This document shows, piece by piece, positions 14,559 through 22,900 of a stretch of DNA of 42,262 bases. The DNA is from an uncultured Candidatus Saccharibacteria bacterium (lineage in GTDB: Bacteria; Patescibacteriota; Minisyncoccia; Phycocordibacterales; UBA9973), in assembly GCA_964368775.1 (NCBI GenBank), contig CAYJCX010000002.1, forward strand, positions 1-42,262, in the 5' to 3' direction. The position numbers and the translations under genes are program-made. The stretch's first letter is position 1, and each line of letters opens with the position of its first letter. Under the pieces are notes generated by a model. The model was not told the origin of the DNA. It ran no database searches and saw only the letters and a program-made list of their open reading frames with translations.

Positions 14559-14702
14559 TTAATTTTCTTTAGGGCTTTTAGCGGATTTACTCCAGCGCTT
14601 TTTCCCTGCTTCGACAAAATGTTTTTTGCCATATTTTTTTAACGTGGCTTTTCCACCTTTCGATCCTACTTCTTTTGGACCAGCTTCTTTTTTAATACTC
14701 AT
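14559..14702 (-). CDS. small lysine-rich KGG-repeat (general-stress-protein-like) protein
   Basis: The start is taken at the ATG at 14702 (MSIKKEAGPKEVGSKGGKATLKKYGKKHFVEAGKKRWSKSAKSPKEN). The track start at 14753 is a GTG inside the promoter. GSKGGKAT...EAGKK resembles the KGG stress-protein repeat. Confidence 0.45.
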   Translation of the reverse strand: MSIKKEAGPKEVGSKGGKATLKKYGKKHFVEAGKKRWSKSAKSPKEN

Positions 14703-14709
14703 GTTTATT

Positions 14710-14738
14710 ATTATAGCAACCAGCAAGTAGCAAGTAAA
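14710..14738 (-). promoter_or_regulatory. sigma70-type promoter TTTACT-N17-TGCTATAAT (extended -10), 7 nt before the ATG
   Basis: The minus strand reads ACTTTACTTGCTACTTGCTGGTTGCTATAATAATAAACATG, near-identical to the cassette at 8433-8461. Confidence 0.6.
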
Positions 14739-14757
14739 GTATTTACAATCCACCGGA

Positions 14758-14766
14758 TGTGGATAA
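14758..14766 (-). promoter_or_regulatory. perfect DnaA box (TTATCCACA) in a divergent promoter region
   Basis: Plus-strand TGTGGATAA at 14758-14766. It forms part of the TCCAC-CGGAT-GTGGA inverted repeat at 14749-14763. Confidence 0.6.
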
Positions 14767-14772
14767 CTTTTA

Positions 14773-14781
14773 TGTTAAAAT
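14773..14781 (+). promoter_or_regulatory. extended -10 promoter (TGTTAAAAT), 6 nt before the ATG at 14788
   Basis: The plus strand reads TATGTTAAAATATTTCTATG. The DnaA box sits where a -35 element would be. Confidence 0.4.
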
Positions 14782-14787
14782 ATTTCT

Positions 14788-15168
14788 ATGAAAATAAAGT
14801 TGGACGTATCTCCTTTGTCGGTTAATAAGGCCTGGCAAGGAAGACGTTTTAAAACAGATGATTACAAGCAATTTGAGAGAGATGTTTGTAAATTATTATC
14901 AGCTACATTTAAAGCTAAAAATCAAAAACAGGAGGTTTTTGTGCATTATGTATATCACATACATAACTATGGAAATACTGACACTGCTAATATGGAAAAA
15001 TGTCTAACTGATATTCTAGTTAAGCGTGGCTATATTTTTGATGACCGCTATATACGCGCGATCTATCAAAGGAAAGAAAAGGTAGATTCTGTATCTAAAG
15101 AATGGATAGATATACATATTGTACCTTATGATGGGCAAGATATAGCTGGATTTAAAAGGGTTTTATAG
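14788..15168 (+). CDS. rusA: RusA-like Holliday junction resolvase
   Basis: 126 aa. N-terminal PLSVNKAWQGRRFKTDDYKQFERD and acidic core TDTANMEKCLTDILVKRGYIFDDRYI match the RusA family pattern (..PS.N........Y..W ... D.DN..K...D.L...G...DD..I). Confidence 0.6.
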   Translation: MKIKLDVSPLSVNKAWQGRRFKTDDYKQFERDVCKLLSATFKAKNQKQEVFVHYVYHIHNYGNTDTANMEKCLTDILVKRGYIFDDRYIRAIYQRKEKVDSVSKEWIDIHIVPYDGQDIAGFKRVL

Positions 15169-15172
15169 AAAA

Positions 15173-15191
15173 ATGGATAACTAGTGGATAA
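15173..15191 (-). promoter_or_regulatory. two adjacent DnaA-box-like sites (TTATCCAC + TTATCCAT, 11-bp period)
   Basis: Plus-strand AAATGGATAACTAGTGGATAAG. ATGGATAA lies at 15173-15180 and exact GTGGATAA at 15184-15191. Confidence 0.5.
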
Positions 15192-15195
15192 GTTC

Positions 15196-15233
15196 GGTTC
15201 CCGTTGGGGTACCCCAATGGGATATTTGGAACC
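15196..15233. repeat. hairpin with a perfect 14-bp palindrome, TTGGGGTACCCCAA
   Basis: Outer arms are GGTTCC (15196-15201) and GGAACC (15228-15233). The inner palindrome is at 15204-15217. Confidence 0.6.
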
Positions 15234-15236
15234 AAC

Positions 15237-15269
15237 AAAAAAAGACCACAGAGCGACTGGGTCTTTTTT
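15237..15269. terminator. bidirectional intrinsic terminator
   Basis: AAAAAAAGACC-ACAGAGCGACTG-GGTCTTTTTT, a stem flanked by an A-run and a T-run. It sits between the convergent rusA-like gene and the late operon. Confidence 0.65.
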
Positions 15270-15361
15270 ATTCATATGAACACGCTGCTTGGATCAATAG
15301 TCCGCTTGGCGTTTTATGTTGTACATTCAATATAGTAGCACACTTACTTAATTTTGTAAAC

Positions 15362-15387
15362 AAAAATACTCCACGCGGGGAGTATTT
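15362..15387 (-). terminator. intrinsic terminator ending the late (lysis) operon
   Basis: The minus strand reads AAAUACUCC-CCGCGU-GGAGUAUUU followed by UUGUUU. Confidence 0.6.
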
Positions 15388-15578
15388 CTATCAGGGGTAG
15401 AAATGAATAACATACATTTATTATTAGAATCTTCTCATCTTTTTTTCCCAAAAGACATGACAATTTATTGTTTTATGTGCGCTCTTGAAAGAACAACCTG
15501 TCTTGCATACGCCCCTGATGTGGAGTTATTTCATTACCACATTTGCTGTTGCGCTACACAGGCAGATTTATTATAACA

Positions 15579-15836
15579 TTAATTTCCAGAAACAATATTT
15601 TTTATTCTAGATTTTGTCATTGTTTTAGATCCAGACCATGCGCCCATTGCGGCTAATGATGATGCTAGACCTAATAAAACAATATCTCCGGCTAGTCCAT
15701 ATTTAAGTAAACCTATACAGATACCTAGAGTAATTGCTATGTATGGTTTATATTGTGATTTTACGCCAGTCTCACTTAGTATTGCTACTATAGCTATGAC
15801 TGTAGAAACTATATATCCATCTATGATTATTTCCAT
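15579..15836 (-). CDS. holin (putative)
   Basis: 85 aa with three hydrophobic helices and a charged C-terminal tail. It lies immediately downstream of the endolysin. Confidence 0.55.
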   Translation of the reverse strand: MEIIIDGYIVSTVIAIVAILSETGVKSQYKPYIAITLGICIGLLKYGLAGDIVLLGLASSLAAMGAWSGSKTMTKSRIKNIVSGN

Positions 15837-15838
15837 AA

Positions 15839-16915
15839 TTATAATTCTGCTTTTAATATTAAATTAATTCGACCTCTTGTTATTGGACCGACAAAGCCGG
15901 CTGGGGGATTTATGTTATTGTCTTTCTGGAATTTTATTACAGCATTAAGGGTTAATTTTCCAAAAGTATTTGTTTCATTTCCTACTGATCCTGGACCAGT
16001 ATTAGCTATTGGCGCGCCATGAGTATTTAAGAATTGTTGTAGGTATTTAACATCTTTATCTACCATTCCAAAACGTAAATCTTTTAAGAAAGGCGGGATT
16101 TTATCAATTACAATTATATTAGACGATATACACCATGCTTCTGTAAAGTATGGACTCTGGGTATGAAAATGAAAATCAAAGTATCCATCTCTTGCCCAGT
16201 TTTTAGACCAACTATTTGGCCCTGTATCGAGTTGATCGTTTCTTAGACCATTATACTCATTAAGTACCATTAAATGGCCACCTTGCTCCTGTTTTGGCGC
16301 ACGTAGGGGTAATAGATCCTTAGCTTGCCATGAGACATTACCATTTAGGGCTGTATACATGTTTTCACCTACTGCCATCCGGATTATTGGCAACTTGCCC
16401 GCTTCTATTTCTCTTGCTATTGATATTGGCTCTACGTTTACTTTGTAATATCCAGGTATTTTATGTTTAGCAGCGTTCTCTAAGATCTCTTGCGGGATTT
16501 TACCTTGATAGGTTATTTTAAAATGTTGGATAAATTCATCATAACTGCCATCTATTTTAAGATAGTATTGGCTTAATATAGCTTTTTCTGGAATACCATA
16601 TTTATTACTAGCCTTTAACATAGTAAAAGCCGATGATCCCTCTAGTAGATTTTTATCTACCATTACCTTTCCTATTAGATATAACCATTCTTCACAAAGA
16701 CGGATTCCATCTTTGAAATGATTTTCTGCGGACATTCTAGTAGCACATGCAGTACAGATACCTATTTGTCTCTGATTACAAAGATCATTAGTAGCTACAT
16801 GATCTAGATCTACTTTACCTGTTGTATTAGGTAGAGTTCCAATAGTCTTATCGGCTACTACTGTTCGATAATCCTCTTGGGATATTTCAGCACCAAATGA
16901 GATTTTTTCTTCCAT
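15839..16915 (-). CDS. endolysin: papain-like (C1-type) cysteine peptidase + C-terminal peptidoglycan-binding domain
   Basis: The Gln-x5-Cys motif QRQIGICTACA, the His motif GGHLMVLNEY and the Asn motif NSWSKNWARDGYF follow papain order. The C-terminal DVKYLQQFLNTHG...FGKLTLNAVIKFQKDNNI...GFVGPITR matches the PG_binding_1 pattern. Confidence 0.65.
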   Translation of the reverse strand: MEEKISFGAEISQEDYRTVVADKTIGTLPNTTGKVDLDHVATNDLCNQRQIGICTACATRMSAENHFKDGIRLCEEWLYLIGKVMVDKNLLEGSSAFTMLKASNKYGIPEKAILSQYYLKIDGSYDEFIQHFKITYQGKIPQEILENAAKHKIPGYYKVNVEPISIAREIEAGKLPIIRMAVGENMYTALNGNVSWQAKDLLPLRAPKQEQGGHLMVLNEYNGLRNDQLDTGPNSWSKNWARDGYFDFHFHTQSPYFTEAWCISSNIIVIDKIPPFLKDLRFGMVDKDVKYLQQFLNTHGAPIANTGPGSVGNETNTFGKLTLNAVIKFQKDNNINPPAGFVGPITRGRINLILKAEL

Positions 16916-16938
16916 ATGATTTTATTTTATCATTACTT

Positions 16939-19900
16939 TTAATATTTTGCTTTTATTTGATCAAAAGTCCATTCTTTATTCTTGAATTTAGATATTGCTT
17001 CCTGTGCTTGTTTTTTATTTATTGAACCATCTCTTAGTTTTTTACCTAGATAGTTTTCTACTGGTGTATAACTAGCCCATTCTGCTGTAGGAACAAGTTT
17101 AAGATTCTTCTCATTATTACCACCTCCTAGCTCTAATGGAATTGTGTGGTCTAATTTCATTGTAGTTGTATTACCCCCGCGCTTTGTTTTAACCGCTTGG
17201 GATTCATCTTTACTCATACGCTCTACAATAATAGCTCCAGAATCCACACGGCGAATTTTTTGACCTGTGAATATACGGTTGAAAGCTGTAACCGGATCAG
17301 TTCCAATAGCCTTTGCATATGTAACTACTGTATTTACTACACCTAATTTAGAAACCTCTTGGTTGTCTTCATAGATTGGCTTATCTTCTTTAACCATCTC
17401 TGCGATTTGGTCATAGACAGTATCGGTAATAATATCTTTATCCTGTAGATTTGTAGCGTAGGTATTCTTTTCTTCTTTAGTATCTAGCTTGTTTAGCTCT
17501 CCGTAGATATAGCGTGCGCGATCTCCATTCTCTACTCCAAGAGATTTCATTTTCTTTTCATCAGGAGTTAGTTTAGTAGATTGGCCATAGCTATAAACTT
17601 TTTCAGCTAGATCTGGGTTTTCTTCTTCTAATTTTGTGAAAGCGGCGTTAGCTTCTTCTTTAGATGTGTCTGCTAATTTCTTTAGTTCTTCGTATTTAGC
17701 TTGTACTACAAGACGCGCTGCTTTTTCATTGGCAGATTCGGCTTTAGTAGCTTGATCTATAGCACTAGTTGATTCAAGATACGGCTCTCTTAAAATCTTA
17801 GGAATTAAAGATTGCTTAATAGTTCTCATTCCAGGGATCTCTCCTTTTTCATTACGCTCTCCCATACTTCCTAGTAATTGAGAAATAGCACCAGCTAATC
17901 CGGTAGCCCATGATGCAAGACGCGGCACTGCGAATAGAGTTTGTGGATCTAGAGCTTGTAAGAAAGAGAATATATCGTTGTATGCTCTATATTCTAATTC
18001 TTCTATAAGATTTCGGTCTTTCTTATTCTTTAGATCACGGTACATATTACCAATGATAGCCACCATAAGAGCTGTTAGAGTAATAGCGCGGATTAGTTCG
18101 TGCGCTTCTTTAGCCTTAGCAGCAGTTTTAATTTCTCCATTCTTTAATAGTTTTGTTAGAGTAGTTATATTACTTAGAGTTTGAGTTAGAATTGGGACCG
18201 CCCAAGATTTATGTTGTCTAACTGCTGCACCAACAGATGTTTTACCCATAACAGAAGCTAATAGATCATCTGCGCGCCAGCGATTCATTTCATTTTTGAT
18301 TTCAGCTAGTCTTTTTGTAGATACTTTTCCAGATTCAAATTCTTCTTTAGTTAGACTTCCTAGAAGATGGGTAAGATTAGCTTGACGAGCAGCTATGCCA
18401 TAGAAAGCAAATATTGTTTCACCTAATTTACTACCAGCATCTTTAGATTGGTCTTTCATTTTAGTAAAGAATGTTTGACCTACAAAAGATTCATATTTCT
18501 TTATTAGTTCTTTACCCTGTTTTGTCTTTGAGCGGAATAATCCGAGAGCTTGTTTTTGCGCGCCAATGTTTATGAATGTTGCAGCCTGTTCTCCAACAAG
18601 AGACATAGCTTGCGCTGGCACACGGAAAGCAAGGTCAAGGAAACGGGTAAATGTTACCCCAGATCTTATTAGAATATCTAAAGTCCCACCTGGTTTAATT
18701 GGACCAAGTGCTGTAGGACGGCCTTTTTGTGTATTGATCCATTTCTTAACAAAGTTAAGTAGTGATTCATCTTTGATAAGTCCACCCTCTGTTGTCTCTG
18801 TAGGCGTTAGGGCGCGCGCTACGGCTTCCATTTTAGGGATATATCTATCTAGACCTTTCTTAACTTCAAACGTCTTCACGTAGCCCAGAAACGCTCCAGC
18901 GACATTTCTAGATGGAATTAGAGTTCCACTACGCTTCATAGAGTATTTAAAGAATTTCTCTAATGGTAGAACGTCTCCGGTTCTTTCATTAAGAATCTTA
19001 AATGTAGCTTCGTCCATCTTATTTACGTCCCATACTGTTTCTTTAAATGCGCGGGCAAATGCGCCAATAAATTGTTTAGGGGATTTCTTTGCACCATCTT
19101 TTAGCCATGCTTCCAAGAATGAACGTGGACGGTGTGTGTAATAGTTTTCACGTACACGATCAAGCATATCTAATTTAACTAGATAATCCCGCATTTCTGC
19201 ATAGGTATCACGGATATAATGAGCTAGTTCTAATTCAGCCGGTGTCATTGCGGATGCGATCTTAGCCTTTACAGCTTCGTCTCCCTCCTCTAAATATGAA
19301 ACAACTAGATCATCTGTAGGTACTAGACGGTCAATAAGACCACGCTTTCTAGATGCGCGAGCTTTCTTTGTTAATTCATTAGTTTTTTTCTCTATTTCTC
19401 TATAAGCCTTTTCTCCCTCTATCTTAATTTCGTATGCGTCAGCTACCAGGACTTCATAGAAAGGGTTTTGGCGCGCTAGAGATGTAGCAGATCTAAATTC
19501 ATCAAGCCAGTCTGTAGAGATTTGTTTTGCCTGTTCTAGTGTTACTCCAGTTCTCTTAACTAAAACTTCTTCTAGAATTTGTCTTTGTGTCTTTACATGT
19601 GGCAAATCCGTGTTCTTCATTAGAGTTTCAATTTCTCTTTGACCTAAGAAAACATCTCCTTGCTCGAATGTACCTATGATTTCATTTAGTTTATTTAGTT
19701 CTTCTGTAGATAGATTATTTAGATCTTGGGATAGGCCCATAGCTAACTGTAGGTTTTCTACTCTATGTAGATCCTTTTCAGCTATTGTATATTCTACTTC
19801 GGCTATAGCTTGGACATGGCGCGCAATTTCTAGAGCTTTATCTTGGACCTTGTTTAATAGGTTATCAAATTCTGTATCAGTTAGTAGACGAATATCTGCG

Positions 19901-22900
19901 CCGCCTAGAATATCAGCCATCTCTCTATCAGTTAAATAGAAATGATCCCTAATGGCATTTATAGTTTGTTTGCGATCTAATCCTTTTTTGCGTAGTTCTG
20001 CCTTTACAGCTTCAATAACCTTTTTCTTTTCACCTAGGAATTTAGCTTGGCGTTCTTGCGCTTTTAGTTTACTTTGTGGGTTTACAAATTCATTTTTCTT
20101 GTTTACATAGTCGTTATAGTCTTTCTGTGCTTCATCTATGTTTCTGTAACCTAATTCATCTAGAATATCCTGGCCTTTTTTACCAAAGACAGTATCGGAA
20201 CCTATACGTGGTAATTGACCGGTACTCTTTTGGACATATTTACTTAGAGCGCGGGCTTTATGGTTTAAGACTTCTTCTCTACGTGTTTTAGATTCAGCGC
20301 GAACATCAGCTACGAATTGATCTATCTTATCCTTGTTTTCAATCATAGATGCTATGTCTTTAACATCTGCTTTTGTAACAATTTGGTTAGCATAGTCTAT
20401 TGGCTGGCCCTCACTTTCCATTTGGGCGATTTTAGCCAAAGCTAATTCATCCTTTTGGTCTACTATAAAATCTTTAACTTCTCTTTTAACTTGCGCTACT
20501 CTTTCCTTGTGTAGTTGTTTCTTATCCCAGAAATTAGCAAAAGCAGTACGTACTTCTTCTGTGTCTACGTTTCCGTTGTCATCTAAGTATTGTTGAAAAT
20601 CACTAGAATCAAGTAGTGTATCTCCACGTGTAGCAAATTTACCTTTCCCTTTATTCTTTTCATTTCTTCCAAGTATTTCCGGTAGTATTCCCTCTTTCTT
20701 ATTAGCAAATTTAGTTAGGCTATTTAGTGGATCATATTTTAGAGCTTCATTCTCTAGTTCTAGTTGAGTTATTTCTTGTTGTAATTCTGGACTAAGCTCT
20801 ACTTCATTATTTCCTACTTGAATCTTTTTAAATTTAACAGGTGTAGCTCCTGTACGCTTTTCTGCATGCGCTAGTGTTGCGCGTAGATCTGCCATTTTAT
20901 CTCCGGTATCAAAGAATGGATGCTTTTCCATAGGTAGGCCATCTTCGTCTTCATTCTTTTCTCTAAATGCTACTACTGGCGCGTCAGCCATGGATGGGTC
21001 TATTTCTACTTCATACCAAGTTACCCCCATATCATCTGTAATAGGTTTTGCGTCATAGTTATTTTTTAGGTATCGGCCTAGATCTTTTTCATAGAAACGG
21101 TATATAGGGTTATTTGTGTCTACCTTTCCTGAGATGTCGAAGGTTTCTGCCCTACTATGATTACCAAAATCTTTTGCAATTTCTTCTGGTGTGTAGGCTT
21201 CCCATCTGATTCCCAAATTATTTTGGGTTAAATCTTTCGGCACTGCCTTAAACTTTCCATCTCCGAGGACATTGGTGATTATCCAGTCAGAACCAGCTTG
21301 TTGCACTGTTTCGCCAGTTTTCAAGTCGCCAATTTCTAGTTTATCACTAACCCTCTTACCATCTAGTTCGTAGATTCTTCTCCAGTTTGGAGTTTCTCCC
21401 AACCCCTCTACTTTCATAGCTGTTTCACCTGTAGGGAATTGGACATAAGATTTACCGTCTTGTGCTGCTTTCTTTATTTCTTCTCGGACCATGCGGAAGT
21501 GGGCAGTGGGGTCGTTGTATTGAGAAAGTTTAGCTACTTCTGTTTTTCTATTAGCTATTTTAGATTTGTCATAAATCGCGCCGCCTTGTGGAACATTACC
21601 TAATTGCCCTGGAATAATTTTATTTTCAGATGGTATTGATAATTCATTTTCTAAATTGCCTTTCTGGTATAGATCACTTTGGACTTCTATTACTCTACGA
21701 GTAGTATCATCTGCCATGTCTTCTATGCGGGTATGGCCGAAATAGTTAGGAGCATCTCCACCATAATGGATTGATCCAGCGCTAGTTGGAATTGGACTTT
21801 CGTAGACATGTTCTTGGTATTCATAAACTTCACCACGTAGATCAGCAGTTAATGTTGTATTCTCATGGCGTGGCTCTCCCATTGGCCCCTCTGTAACATC
21901 TACCATTTCTAATGGTAGTAATTCTGCTGTAACTTTATCAGCAAAATCTTTAACATTTACTATTTTACCCTCTGTTTCTAAGACGTTTCGTAGTATGTCT
22001 TTCTCTTGTTGTTTTAGATCACTAGCGTTAGTTAGATCTTGGATAAATTGTTTAGATACAGTAGTGCGGCCTTTTAGTTTCTCTAGAGTTTTTAGGGTTA
22101 GATCTAGCTCACCTGTGTATAGTAGGTTTTGTGTAGAGCGCTCTCCATATTTTAGGTTATTGTCTTGGACATCATTTACATATGAATTAATCATTGTATT
22201 ATTGGTCTCAATATCTGGCGCGTTTTCTGCGATCATTGCTACGTGTTCTTGTACCGCTTCTGTGTCTTCTGCCTTTAGGGTAATAGAAGAATAGCCACGC
22301 TTATCTAATTCGTTGTTAATTATATCTATTTGGCGGTCAATATTTAGAGAACGGTCTATAAAAGTATCTAGAGAAATATTAGAATTAAACTTTAGGCCAA
22401 TGAAATTTATAATATCATTAGCTACGTCTTCGTTACTATTCTTAACTATATTTTCTTTAATCTTGTTTATAGTTCTATTCCAGTAGTTTTTGTATGGGTT
22501 ATTAGTATTTTCCCATGCTTGCTTTACTGTCTCTGGGGTTTGTTTTAAGTTTTGGTAGAAATCTGCGCGAGATTCTGGAGATAACTTTAAATACCATGAA
22601 TGGCCCGCAAGCTCATGGTTAATAATTGCTCCGGATTCATATAGATCCGTAGACATTTCATCTGGGTTTAGGTATATGGTATCTTCTGTAAAAGCAGATA
22701 CATATGATCGATCATTATAGCTATCTGTAACTATAACATAAGTTACTCCGCCTTGTGTGGATGTTTGTTCTATTTTGTCTACAAGTTGATTTGAAAAACC
22801 TAAATTACGTAGAAGAAATGGGGTATCTTCTGTTATTCTTGTTCGCTTTCCTCCTGTGAGTTGTTCGTGCTGTCCAACCAGTAGTTTATTGCGCTCTCCA

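Noticed and set aside
15403-15576. 57-codon plus-strand ORF (MNNIHLLLESSHLFFPKDMTIYCFMCALERTTC...HYHICCCATQADLL) in the non-coding hub, preceded by an AGGGG.
   Set aside because: It is below the ORF-track cutoff and convergent on the holin gene, with no promoter seen. SD-like sequences are not otherwise used in this genome. It is kept only as a possibility to test by proteomics.
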